Below are positions 1-9,391 of a stretch of 64,000 nt of DNA, in pieces. Numbering within the stretch: position 1 is the stretch's first letter; the number at the start of each line of letters is the position of its first letter. This stretch comes from Pseudomonadota bacterium (GTDB lineage: Bacteria; Pseudomonadota; Alphaproteobacteria; Rhizobiales; Xanthobacteraceae), in contig JAFAGM010000005.1 in the NCBI GenBank assembly GCA_023422775.1, positions 24,310 to 88,309 on the forward strand, written 5' to 3'. Below the pieces are notes generated by a model. The model had not been told where the DNA came from, did not search any database, and saw nothing but the letters and a program-made list of their open reading frames with translations. A program made the translations under genes and the position numbers.

Positions 1-844
1 CGTGAAAGAACAATTCCACGAGTTTCCCCTTCGCGCCGGCCAGCGAGAAAATATACTCGGGAAGTTCGACGTCCATTTCCGACACCACGACTTTCGCGAT
101 TCTGTCGATGCGGCTCGAGCCGTGCTCCCAGATGAAGCCGACGCCGAGCTGGTTCGCCACCGCCTCCAGCATGCCTTCCCTCGTATTGACGACGATTGCA
201 GGCTCCGGCCGCAATCCGGCGGCACGAAAACCCTTGTCGACGACGCGCTGGGTCGAGGAACTGCCGGTGCGAAACACGAGGGGATATTGCGTCAACTCTG
301 ATATCGGCACCTGGCACCGGTTCAGCGGATGCGCGGGATGGCAGATCGCAACGACCCGCTGGCTCAGACAGACCTCGGATCGAAACCGGCGGTCCTGGGG
401 CACATCCGGGAGTACCGCGACGTCAACGCGCCGATCGATGACGGCGGCCACGATGTCCGACCAGTTTCCGATTTCGACGCGGATCTGGATTTTCGGATAG
501 AGCCTCTTGAACGAGGAAATCAGCACCATTCCCGGCATCGAATTGCCGAGGCCAACGCGCAGCTCACCGCCGGCCAACTCCTCGCGCTGTTCGAGAATCG
601 CGACCGCATCGGCTTCCATCGCCTCGATCCGGTTGGTGGCTGCATAAAGCTGGCGGCACAGCGGCGTTGCCACCAGGCTATGGCCGTGCCGGTCAAAGAG
701 CCTGACGTCGAACTCGGCCTCGAGTTCGCGAACCAGTTGCGCGACCGACGGCTGCGAGACGCCGAGACGTCTTGCCGCAGCCGAAAAATTGCCGGCCTCA
801 AACACCGCGTTCACGGCGCGCACGCGCGATGACGTTAAAGCCAC
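1..844 (-). CDS. LysR-family transcriptional regulator, 3' end runs off the window
   Basis: Manual translation from GTG at 844 gives MALTSSRVRAVNAVFEAGNFSAAARRLGVSQPSVAQLVRELEAEFDVRLFDR, a LysR HTH signature. Divergent from the ABC operon. Absent from the ORF track. Confidence 0.9.
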   Translation of the reverse strand, partial: MALTSSRVRAVNAVFEAGNFSAAARRLGVSQPSVAQLVRELEAEFDVRLFDRHGHSLVATPLCRQLYAATNRIEAMEADAVAILEQREELAGGELRVGLGNSMPGMVLISSFKRLYPKIQIRVEIGNWSDIVAAVIDRRVDVAVLPDVPQDRRFRSEVCLSQRVVAICHPAHPLNRCQVPISELTQYPLVFRTGSSSTQRVVDKGFRAAGLRPEPAIVVNTREGMLEAVANQLGVGFIWEHGSSRIDRIAKVVVSEMDVELPEYIFSLAGAKGKLVELFFH

Positions 845-1007
845 GTCGATTCAAGCCCCCAGGGTCGAACCACTTCCGACGTGCCAGAAATTAGCCAGAA
901 GCAAATCCTTCGTTTTGTATAGGGAATTCCTTTGACCGTTATGTGACTGTCAAGCGCCGCCCCTAATCATCGCCCCGTTGCCGCATTGCAAGTGGAGGCG
1001 CCGGCGA

Positions 1008-2168
1008 ATGGCGAAGATCGAACTGAAATCCGTCCGCAAGGCTTTCGACTCGATGGAAATTCTGAAGGGGATCGATCTTGCGATCGAGGACGGCGAGTTC
1101 ATCGCCCTGATCGGCCCCTCCGGGTGCGGCAAGTCGACGTTGCTGCGGGTGATTGCCGGTCTCGAGCCGCAGACGTCGGGCGAAGTCCGCATCGGAGGCG
1201 TCTCCGTCGACGGCGTTCGTCCCAGTGCGCGCAATCTGGCGATGGTGTTCCAGTCCTACGCGCTGTATCCGCATCTCAGCGTATTCGACAACATCGCCGT
1301 GCCGCTGCGGATGCGCCGCCATTCGGCGCTGGCGCGCTTGCCCCTGCTCGGCAGGCTGCTGCCCGGACGCGCCAGCACGGAGCGCGGCATCCGCGAGGAG
1401 GTCGAGCGGGTTGCGGCTCAACTCGAACTCTCAAGCCTGCTCAAGCGCAAGCCGGGACAATTGTCGGGCGGCCAGCGGCAACGCGTGGCGGTCGGCCGCG
1501 CCATCGTGCGCCAGCCGCTCGGGTTCCTGTTCGACGAGCCGCTGTCGAATCTCGACGCCAAGCTGCGGGTGCATATGCGCACCGAACTCGCCCAACTGCA
1601 TCGCCAGTTGAAGGCTACCTTTGTCTACGTGACCCATGACCAGGCCGAGGCGATGACGATGTCCAGTCGTATCGCCGTCATGATCGAGGGGCATCTTGTT
1701 CAGGTCGGTACGCCCGCCGAAGTTTACGAGAACCCGCAGGACATTCGCGTCGCGGAGTTCGTCGGCAGTCCCAAGATAAACGCCATGCCCGGCGTGATCC
1801 GCGAAGACGGCGGACTGGAGGTTCTGGGACGGCCGCTCGGCCTGAGCACACAGGCCACGGCGGGCCGCTGCACGATCTGCGTGCGTCCCGAGCGCATGGA
1901 ACTCGGTGTTGGCCCCGGCGCCATTCCCGGCAGCGTGGTGCATCTCGAGCATCTCGGTTCGGAGGCCTTCGTTCACGTCAAGGTCGATCGCGTCGATGCT
2001 CCGCTGCTCGCGCGCCTCAACCCCGACCGGCAGCTACCCGCGATCGGCAACAGCATCCACCTCACCTATCCGGCCAGCGTCGCAAGAATATTCGACGCCG
2101 CCGGCAAGCGTGTCGAGGTCGCCGTTCCGGTTCGCAGCGGACGCGTTCTGGAGCACGCCGTTGGTTGA
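1008..2168 (+). CDS. ABC transporter ATP-binding protein (MalK/UgpC type)
   Basis: Walker A GPSGCGKS, signature LSGGQRQR, Walker B FLFDEPLSNLD. GGAGG RBS before ATG 1008. Confidence 0.95.
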   Translation: MAKIELKSVRKAFDSMEILKGIDLAIEDGEFIALIGPSGCGKSTLLRVIAGLEPQTSGEVRIGGVSVDGVRPSARNLAMVFQSYALYPHLSVFDNIAVPLRMRRHSALARLPLLGRLLPGRASTERGIREEVERVAAQLELSSLLKRKPGQLSGGQRQRVAVGRAIVRQPLGFLFDEPLSNLDAKLRVHMRTELAQLHRQLKATFVYVTHDQAEAMTMSSRIAVMIEGHLVQVGTPAEVYENPQDIRVAEFVGSPKINAMPGVIREDGGLEVLGRPLGLSTQATAGRCTICVRPERMELGVGPGAIPGSVVHLEHLGSEAFVHVKVDRVDAPLLARLNPDRQLPAIGNSIHLTYPASVARIFDAAGKRVEVAVPVRSGRVLEHAVG

Positions 2169-3108
2169 TACCCTCACCGCGAACGCACTTCCCTCCGAAC
2201 GCCGCCCGGCGGCAATCACCCCGGCACGGACGCAAGCCGCGAGCCGCGCACGGCCCGCGCTGGCGATGGTGGCGCCTGCCTTCATGCTGATGTGCCTGCT
2301 GCTGCTCGGGCCGCTCGCCGGCGTCATCGCGCTGTCGTTCACCGACTACCAGCTTGGCAGCCCCACCTTCTCGTGGATCGGGCTGGAGAACTACCGCGAG
2401 ATGCTGACAGACAGGGTGTTCTGGATCTCGCTCCGAAACACCCTGACCTATGTGGCGATCGTGGTGCCTTCAGCGGTGGCGCTCGGGCTTGGCATAGCCA
2501 TGCTGATCGAAAGCGGCACTTCCTTTCGCGCCTGGTACCGCACCGTCTACTTCCTGCCCGTCATGGCGACGCTGATTGCGATGTCGATCGTCTGGGAATT
2601 CATGCTGCATCCGCAATTCGGCCTGGTGAACGGGTTGCTGCACGGCGTCGGGCTCGAGGGCTTCAGCTGGCTGCAGGACCGTCGCACCTCGCTCTATGCG
2701 CTCTGCGTGATCGGCATCTGGCAGGCGCTCGGCTTCAACATGGTGCTGTTCCTCGCCGGCCTGGTTTCGATCCCGCGTCCGCTCTACGACGCCGCCGAAA
2801 TCGATGGCGCACATGGCGCCCTTGCGCGGTTCCGGCTGGTGACATGGCCGATGCTGGGGCCAACCACCGTGTTCGTCGTGGTCATCACCGGCATCCGTTC
2901 GTTTCAGGTGTTCGACACCGTCCATGTGCTGACCAAGGGCGGCCCGTCGAAATCGTCCGAAGTCCTGATCCACACCATGTATGTCGAAGGCTTCGAGTTC
3001 TTCCGCTCGGGCTATGGCGCGGCGTTGACGGTGGTGTTCCTGGCCTTCGTGCTGCTGCTGACGCTGGTCAAGTCGGCCCTGGCGAACCGCGGGGTGCACT
3101 ACGCATGA
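2161..3108 (+). CDS. Carbohydrate ABC transporter permease (UgpA/MalF type)
   Basis: Multiple TM segments and EAA-like loop YDAAEIDGA. Probable TTG start overlapping the upstream gene. Confidence 0.92.
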   Translation: MVDTLTANALPSERRPAAITPARTQAASRARPALAMVAPAFMLMCLLLLGPLAGVIALSFTDYQLGSPTFSWIGLENYREMLTDRVFWISLRNTLTYVAIVVPSAVALGLGIAMLIESGTSFRAWYRTVYFLPVMATLIAMSIVWEFMLHPQFGLVNGLLHGVGLEGFSWLQDRRTSLYALCVIGIWQALGFNMVLFLAGLVSIPRPLYDAAEIDGAHGALARFRLVTWPMLGPTTVFVVVITGIRSFQVFDTVHVLTKGGPSKSSEVLIHTMYVEGFEFFRSGYGAALTVVFLAFVLLLTLVKSALANRGVHYA

Positions 3109-3941
3109 CGCCGCATCGCCGCAACCTCGCCTGGTCCGTCACCCGTCATGTGCTGCTGCTGGGCGGCGCCGCGTTCATCCTGCTGCCATTCGTGTGGATG
3201 ATATCGACGGCCTCCAAACCGCAGACCGAGATATTCACCAAGGACCTGCACTTCATCCCGTACAGCTTCGCGCTGTGGGACAATCTGGCCACCGCGTTCG
3301 GCAAGGCCAATCTCTGGCGCTTCCTGCTCAACGGCGTCGTGGTCACGGTATCGATCTTCGCGTTGCAGGTGCTGGTCGCCCTGCCCGCCGCCTATGCGCT
3401 GGCCAAGCTGCGGTTCGCCGGCCGCGAGCTGCTGTTCGCGCTGGTGCTGTTCTGCATCCTGATCCCGCCGCAGGCGACCGCGATCCCGGTGTTCCTGCTG
3501 TTCCACAAGCTCGGCATCCTCGACAGCTACGCAGCGCTGGTCGTGCCGTTCACGATCTCGGCGTTCGGCATCTACCTGATGCGACAGTTCTTCAAGACCG
3601 TGCCTGACGACCTGATCGAGGCCGCGCGTATGGACGGCATTTCCGAGTTCGGCATCGTCTGGCGCGTGATGCTGCCGACCGCGATCCCGGCGCTGACCGC
3701 GTTCGGCATCTTCTCGGTGGTCGCGCACTGGAACGACTATTTCTGGCCGCTGATCGTGCTCAACAGCGAGCACCTGCGCACGCCCCCGCTCGGTGTCGCC
3801 GCCTTCCGCAACGAGGAAGCCGGCACCAACTACGGCCCGCTGATGGCCGCCGCCATCGTCATCATCGCGCCGCTGCTCGCAGCGTTCCTGCTTGCCCAAC
3901 GCCGGTTCATCGAAGGCATCACGCTGACCGGCATCAAATAG
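3105..3941 (+). CDS. Carbohydrate ABC transporter permease (UgpE/MalG type)
   Basis: EAARMDG motif, HWNDYFWPL; ATGA overlap with the upstream permease. Confidence 0.93.
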   Translation: MTPHRRNLAWSVTRHVLLLGGAAFILLPFVWMISTASKPQTEIFTKDLHFIPYSFALWDNLATAFGKANLWRFLLNGVVVTVSIFALQVLVALPAAYALAKLRFAGRELLFALVLFCILIPPQATAIPVFLLFHKLGILDSYAALVVPFTISAFGIYLMRQFFKTVPDDLIEAARMDGISEFGIVWRVMLPTAIPALTAFGIFSVVAHWNDYFWPLIVLNSEHLRTPPLGVAAFRNEEAGTNYGPLMAAAIVIIAPLLAAFLLAQRRFIEGITLTGIK

Positions 3942-3975
3942 TCCTCAAGGTGCATTCACAGCAAAGGAGATATCG

Positions 3976-5259
3976 ATGTTGAAGAGAATGACCGTCGCAG
4001 CACTCGCCGTGCTTGCCGGCATGGCGGGCGCCCGTGCCCAGAACCAGACCGAAGTGGTGATCCAGTATCCCTACCCGGAACTGTTCACCGAGACCCACAG
4101 GAAGATCACGGAAGAGTTCGCCAAGGTCCGCCCGGATATCAAGGTTACGATGCGCGCGCCTTACGAGTCCTATGAGGACGGCACCCAGCGTGTGCTGCGC
4201 GAAGCCGTCACCAACCAGATGCCCGACGTCAGCTTCCAGGGCCTGAACCGCATCCGTGTTCTCGTCGACAAGAACATCCCGGCGCCGCTCGATGGCTACA
4301 TCGCCGCGGAGAAGGATTTCGACAAGCAGGGCTTCCACCAGGCGATGTTCGACATCGGCACATCGAGCGGCAAGGTCTACGCGCTGCCGTTCGCGATTTC
4401 GCTGCCGATCGTCTACGTCAATCTCGACCTCGCCAAAAAGGCCGGCGCCGATCCGGAAAAGCTGCCGACGACCTGGGACGGCATCATCGATCTCGCCAGG
4501 AAGATCAAGGCCAGCGCCCCTGACGTCAACGGCATCACCTACGCCTGGGACATCACCGGCAACTGGCTGTGGCAGGCGCCGGTGTTCTCCCGCGGCGGCT
4601 CGATGCTGAACGCGGACGAGACCAAGGTCGCCTTCAACGGCCCGGAAGGCCAGTTCGCGATCCGGATGCTGGCGCGCCTCGTCAGCGAGGGCGGCATGCC
4701 CAACCTCGATCAGCCAGCGATGCGCGCGGCATTCGCCGCCGGCAAGACCGGCATCCACATCACCTCGACTTCGGACCTGAACAAAGTCACGCAGATGGTC
4801 GGCGACAAGTTCGCGCTGAAGACGCATACCTTTCCGGATGTCGTGGCCAACACCGGCCGGCTGCCCGCCGGCGGCAACGTCGTGATGATCCTGGCCAAGG
4901 ACAAGGCCAAACGCGACGCGTCCTGGGAAGTGGTGAAATTCTGGACCGGGCCGAAGGGCGCGGCAATCATGGCCGAGACCACCGGCTATATGCCGCCGAA
5001 CAAAGTCACCAACGACGTCTATCTGAAGGACTTCTACGTCAAGAATCCGAACAACTACACCGCGGTCAAGCAACTGCCGCTGCTGACCAAGTGGTACGCG
5101 TTCCCCGGCGACAACGGCCTCAAGATCACCGACGTCATCAAGGACCACCTCAACAGCATCGTCTCCGGCACCCGGGCCAAGGAGCCCGATGCCGTGCTCG
5201 CCGACATGACCGCCGATGTGCAGAAGCTGCTGCCGCGATCGGTCGGCACCGCGCGCTGA
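3976..5259 (+). CDS. ABC transporter substrate-binding protein (UgpB-like, family 1)
   Basis: Signal peptide, YALPFAIS and TGYMP motifs, AAGGAG RBS. Confidence 0.92.
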   Translation: MLKRMTVAALAVLAGMAGARAQNQTEVVIQYPYPELFTETHRKITEEFAKVRPDIKVTMRAPYESYEDGTQRVLREAVTNQMPDVSFQGLNRIRVLVDKNIPAPLDGYIAAEKDFDKQGFHQAMFDIGTSSGKVYALPFAISLPIVYVNLDLAKKAGADPEKLPTTWDGIIDLARKIKASAPDVNGITYAWDITGNWLWQAPVFSRGGSMLNADETKVAFNGPEGQFAIRMLARLVSEGGMPNLDQPAMRAAFAAGKTGIHITSTSDLNKVTQMVGDKFALKTHTFPDVVANTGRLPAGGNVVMILAKDKAKRDASWEVVKFWTGPKGAAIMAETTGYMPPNKVTNDVYLKDFYVKNPNNYTAVKQLPLLTKWYAFPGDNGLKITDVIKDHLNSIVSGTRAKEPDAVLADMTADVQKLLPRSVGTAR

Positions 5260-5325
5260 TTTTTCTCCATACCTCCCGCGGAGCGCCCGTAGCGCTCCGC
5301 GGTCTATCCAACAAAGGCGCGCCTC

Positions 5326-6150
5326 ATGAAACTCATCCATATGAGCGACATCCACCTCACTGCGGCAGGCAGCACGATCGGCGGCCGTGACCCCCGCCAC
5401 AACTTCGAGCGGGCGCTCGGCCACATCCTGCAGGATCATGGCGACGCCGAACTGATGGTGATCACCGGCGATCTGTCCGACTGGGGTGACCGGGCGGACT
5501 ATGAATGGCTGAGGAGCCGCCTCGACAGTTTCCCGCTTCCGGTCCGGCTCTGCATCGGCAACCATGACAACCGCGCGGCCTTTCTCGGCGTGTTTCCCGA
5601 GTATGCCGAACCGGACGGCTTTGCGCAGGGCATCCAGGACACCGTCGGGGGCCGGTGCCTGCTTCTCGACACCAACGAACCCAATACCCATGCCGGACGC
5701 TATTGCGCGCCGCGGCAGGAGTGGCTGGAGCGGCGGCTGTCGGAGCATGACGGCCCGTTCCTGCTGTTCATGCATCACCACCCGATGCCGACCCACCTTG
5801 ATCCGATGGACCAGATCCGCCTGCTCGACGATGCGGCATTCCGCCAGACCGTCGGACGGCACCGCGACAAGATCCGGCACATCTTCTTTGGCCATTGCCA
5901 CCTGCCGCTCGGCGGCTCGGTGGCCGGCATCCCCACCACCTCGCTGCGCGGCACCAACCATGCGAGCTATCCGCTGTTTTCGGAGAAACTCATGCTGAGT
6001 GCGTCCGACCTGCCGGAATCCTACGGCGTCGCCTTCGTCGGCCCGGATTACGTGACCGTGCACATGGTCGAGTTCGGCTATCAGGGCGCGATCAGGGTCG
6101 AGGGGTCGCCTGACTACGCCATGTGGGACCGGGAGACGATGCAGCGATGA
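5326..6150 (+). CDS. Metallophosphoesterase (CpdA/GpdQ-like phosphodiesterase)
   Basis: Motifs SDIH, GD, GNHD, HHHP and GHCH. Confidence 0.92.
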   Translation: MKLIHMSDIHLTAAGSTIGGRDPRHNFERALGHILQDHGDAELMVITGDLSDWGDRADYEWLRSRLDSFPLPVRLCIGNHDNRAAFLGVFPEYAEPDGFAQGIQDTVGGRCLLLDTNEPNTHAGRYCAPRQEWLERRLSEHDGPFLLFMHHHPMPTHLDPMDQIRLLDDAAFRQTVGRHRDKIRHIFFGHCHLPLGGSVAGIPTTSLRGTNHASYPLFSEKLMLSASDLPESYGVAFVGPDYVTVHMVEFGYQGAIRVEGSPDYAMWDRETMQR

Positions 6151-7019
6151 AGTTCGTCATTCTCACCGACACGCATTTCGTACCGCGCGGCCGCAAACTT
6201 TACGGGCTCGATCCGGCCGAGCGCCTCGCAGCCGCCGTCGAGAAGATCAACGCGACCCACAAGGACATCTCCTTTGTCATCGTGACCGGCGATCTCGCCC
6301 ATTGGGGCGAACAGGCCGCCTATGCCAGCCTCGCCGGCATACTAGCCGCGCTCGACGCGCCCACCATCCTGATGATGGGAAACCACGACAGGCGCGAGGC
6401 CTTCCGCAGCGAGTTCGCCGGCGCCGACCGCGACGCCGGCGGCTTTGTGCAGGGCGTGCACCTGTTCGATGCCGCGACCGTCGTCACGCTGGATACCTTG
6501 AACGAGGACACCCCTGACCATGCCGGCATCCTGTGCGAAGCCCGGCTCGGCTTTCTGGCCGACGCGCTCGCCTCGGCACCGGCCGACCGGCCGCTATTGC
6601 TGTTCCAGCATCATCCGCCGTTCGACAGCGGCCTGCGCTACATGGATACGATCAAGCTGGCCAATGGCGAGGCCGAGTGGGACGTGATCGCCCGCACCCG
6701 AAAGCCCGACTACATGTTCATGGGCCATCTGCACCGGCCGATCGCCGGAAGCTGGCGCGGAATCCCCTTCCACATCCAGCGCGCGCTGACGCACCAGGTC
6801 GCCTTCGATTTCGACGCAGGGGGCCACATCCCGGGCACGCATGAGCCACCGGATTACGCGCTGGTGCATCTCGACCGTGGCAACATCGTCATCCACCAGT
6901 GCTCGTTTCTCTACGCTGGCCCGGCCTTCTCGCTTCATGACGCCAGCGCACAGCAGGCGCAGTCGCTCGAGGAGTTGGTCGAAATTCCCGCTTGGGCATT
7001 TCGCGGGTCGGCCGGCTAG
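6147..7019 (+). CDS. Second metallophosphoesterase (CpdA/GpdQ-like)
   Basis: Motifs TDTH, GD, GNHD, HHP and GHLH; ATGA overlap with the previous gene. Confidence 0.92.
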   Translation: MKFVILTDTHFVPRGRKLYGLDPAERLAAAVEKINATHKDISFVIVTGDLAHWGEQAAYASLAGILAALDAPTILMMGNHDRREAFRSEFAGADRDAGGFVQGVHLFDAATVVTLDTLNEDTPDHAGILCEARLGFLADALASAPADRPLLLFQHHPPFDSGLRYMDTIKLANGEAEWDVIARTRKPDYMFMGHLHRPIAGSWRGIPFHIQRALTHQVAFDFDAGGHIPGTHEPPDYALVHLDRGNIVIHQCSFLYAGPAFSLHDASAQQAQSLEELVEIPAWAFRGSAG

Positions 7020-7124
7020 CGCAGCCGTGGCTGAATGGAAGAATCAGCGCGCGGTCACGCCGAGGCTAACGCGGAATTAATCTCATCGGCCTACAATCTC
7101 AGGTGTTCTAGTTGGGTGCCGCGT

Positions 7125-7169
7125 AAAGGAGCCGTCGCGACGGACCATCCCGCGACGGCTCCTTTTTTT
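7125..7169 (+). terminator. Intrinsic terminator
   Basis: Perfect 15-bp stem AAAGGAGCCGTCGCG/CGCGACGGCTCCTTT ending in a 7-T run. Confidence 0.85.
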
Positions 7170-7194
7170 GTTCACTGATTTGGGGGTAACGCAC

Positions 7195-7875
7195 GTGACC
7201 GAGACAGCTGAAAAGCAGAGCCAGACCGAACAACCCGAAGCCACGGCACCGACCAGGAAATCGAGCCGGAAATCGATCCTGGCGCTGTCGGTGCTCGCTA
7301 TTGGGATAAACTCGACTGCCGCCGTCTACACGATGGCGCCTTCCGATTTTACTCTGCCGAATATCAGCAGCCTGACCGACAATATCAGCAGCAGCGTGGC
7401 CGAACTACTTCCACAGCAGAAGGCTCCCGATCCGACGCCGGATCCGGCTGTCGCCCTGTTGAAGGATATTCAGTCGGCCCAGCAGCAGCACGTTGCCGCG
7501 CTGCAAGAGAATAACTCCTTGCTGCAGCAGAACGCAGCTCTTCTTCAGCAGGATTCGATTACGCTTGCTTCGCTGAGGCAAAGCCTCGTGGATGACCATG
7601 TCGGCGCCAAGAAGATATCCGCTCAGATCGCGGACGAACATCAAGACGTGAAGAAGATATCCGGCCAGATTTCCACGCTTATCGCGAAGATAGACTCGCT
7701 GCAAAGTGCGATCGCTCCGGAAGTGACTTCCTCCATTCCGGCAAGGCACGCCGGTAACCGGCCATCCCGGGTAATGCGCAAGAAGATGGCTCGGGAGCCC
7801 AAGCCGGTGGGACCTGTTTCGCTTGGAGGAGCTCCCTTAAGTCTCCCGGCCACCATGACAATTCCGGAGAGCTGA
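7195..7875 (+). CDS. Hypothetical membrane-anchored coiled-coil protein
   Basis: One hydrophobic N-terminal segment, a Q/L-rich heptad region and an internal 14-aa duplication. Start uncertain (7168 or 7195). Confidence 0.7.
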   Translation: MTETAEKQSQTEQPEATAPTRKSSRKSILALSVLAIGINSTAAVYTMAPSDFTLPNISSLTDNISSSVAELLPQQKAPDPTPDPAVALLKDIQSAQQQHVAALQENNSLLQQNAALLQQDSITLASLRQSLVDDHVGAKKISAQIADEHQDVKKISGQISTLIAKIDSLQSAIAPEVTSSIPARHAGNRPSRVMRKKMAREPKPVGPVSLGGAPLSLPATMTIPES

Positions 7876-8023
7876 AGAACGCGAGAGTGAGGCGCGAGGC
7901 TTCGGTCCCGCGCCCCGGCTCTTGTGGGTTGGTGTCCAGCGGCGCGCGTTCCAAAAGTGGAACCAAAAGTTCTCGGCGCGATTAGAGTCTCGTTGCAGTC
8001 CAATATCCTCAGGAGAACACTGG

Positions 8024-8455
8024 ATGGTTCGTAGATCTTTAGGTGCCAGCTTGCTGGCCGCGCTTGCATTGGCGTGGCCGGTTGATCTTGCGTTGCTTCC
8101 CACCCCGGCAAATGCCGCGAGCCCGACCGACTTGAGCGCGCAGAACAGGCGCGGTCATGCCCAACGACCTCCCGGCGCGCACCGCCCTCGCCCGCCGGCA
8201 GCCCGTCCGCCCGGCGCGCATCGTCCCCGTCCGCCGGTTGCTCATCGGCCGGGGGTCCATCGGCCGCGCCACGGTCATTGGGCTCGTCCCCCGCGTTACA
8301 CATGGCGTCCCGGTGGCGCGATTGCGGCTGGCGCTGCGCTCGGTTTCCTGGCGGCAGGTGCTGCGGCATGGGCCGGACCTCCACCGCGAGCAGGTCTGTG
8401 CTGGTACTACACGGACTGGACGCAGCGGTCCGGCTTCTGGGACGTCTGCCCGTAG
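8024..8455 (+). CDS. Secreted Pro/Arg/His-rich hypothetical protein
   Basis: AGGAGA RBS, signal peptide, RPPGAHRPRPP repeats and C-terminal CWYY...FWDVCP motif. Confidence 0.75.
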   Translation: MVRRSLGASLLAALALAWPVDLALLPTPANAASPTDLSAQNRRGHAQRPPGAHRPRPPAARPPGAHRPRPPVAHRPGVHRPRHGHWARPPRYTWRPGGAIAAGAALGFLAAGAAAWAGPPPRAGLCWYYTDWTQRSGFWDVCP

Positions 8456-8577
8456 TCCCGCCCCGGCAATCGAAAATCAAGATGGCGCGGGAGAACCGCG
8501 CCATTTTCCATTCCGGGTCGATGCCAAAGCGTCGCTTCCGACTTAAACGTCTGATTTATATCGATCTTTATGACCAG

Positions 8578-8654
8578 TGGTCGGGGCAGCTGGATTCGAA
8601 CCAACGACCTGCAGTACCCAAAACTGCCGCGCTACCAGGCTGCGCTATACCCCG
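8578..8654 (-). tRNA. tRNA-Pro (anticodon TGG)
   Basis: Reverse complement CGGGGTATAGCGCAGCCTGGTAGCGCGGCAGTTTTGGGTACTGCAGGTCGTTGGTTCGAATCCAGCTGCCCCGACCA forms a cloverleaf with encoded CCA. Confidence 0.98.
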
Positions 8655-8729
8655 ATCATGTGCTGGGAGATGCGTCGATACACGCTTAAACCCCGGTCTT
8701 CAAGACGATGTTCGGGCCCGCCGAGGGGA

Positions 8730-9236
8730 TCAGCGCTTGTTGAACAGCGGATGCGCCACCCGGTCGCCGGGCTGAATTCCATACTTTTGCGCCGTGCCCG
8801 CTGCCACTTCAAGGACACCCCGGGCAAGCCCGCCCGAGGAGATGATCTTCGTGGAGAGCGGCTCGGTATTCTCGGCAATCCGCAGGATGCGGCCATCGGC
8901 GCGGATGAAGATCATGTCGAGCGAGATATAGGTGTTCTTCATCCACATCGATATCTGCTGCTCCGGCGAGAAATCGAACAGCATGCCTTTACCGTCGGCG
9001 AGTTCCTTGCGGTACATCAGCCCGGTCTGTTTCTCCTCCTCAGTCGTCGCCATCTCGACCGAGAACACCCGCACGCCTGATTTGGTGGCGATCTCGAGCG
9101 GCTGAATGCTCGCCGCCTGCGCCGCAGGATTTGTGCAAAGCGCGATGAGAACCGCGATCGCTGCACCGAGCGACATCATCCGGCCGCAGGTGCGAAGCCG
9201 CACAACCATGGAAGCGAAATTCATCAAAGCACTCAC
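8730..9236 (-). CDS. DUF192 family protein
   Basis: GLMYRK..GMLF..MWMKNTYISLDMIF motif and signal-like N terminus. Start uncertain. Confidence 0.9.
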   Translation of the reverse strand: MSALMNFASMVVRLRTCGRMMSLGAAIAVLIALCTNPAAQAASIQPLEIATKSGVRVFSVEMATTEEEKQTGLMYRKELADGKGMLFDFSPEQQISMWMKNTYISLDMIFIRADGRILRIAENTEPLSTKIISSGGLARGVLEVAAGTAQKYGIQPGDRVAHPLFNKR

Positions 9237-9391
9237 GCCGCAGATCTCAGGGGAATATTGCGGGGAACCCTAACCCGACGGTAGCGACAAACGCCAGAGG
9301 CCGACGCCCGAACGGGCATCGGCCGGCTCACAATTCCGTCAGGTCGAAGGCTTCTTTCAGGTCCAGCGCTTCCATCAGGTCGCGCCTTCCG

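Noticed and set aside
2..832. Plus-strand ORFs at the window start
   Set aside because: Shadows of the minus-strand LysR gene.
3934..6063. 709-aa minus-strand ORF, and similar long antisense ORFs such as 33444-35087 and 56420-58183
   Set aside because: Antisense shadows of well-supported genes in high-GC DNA, with no recognisable motifs.
8577..9080. ORF beginning MVGAAGFEPTT
   Set aside because: Antisense translation of tRNA-Pro and the DUF192 gene.
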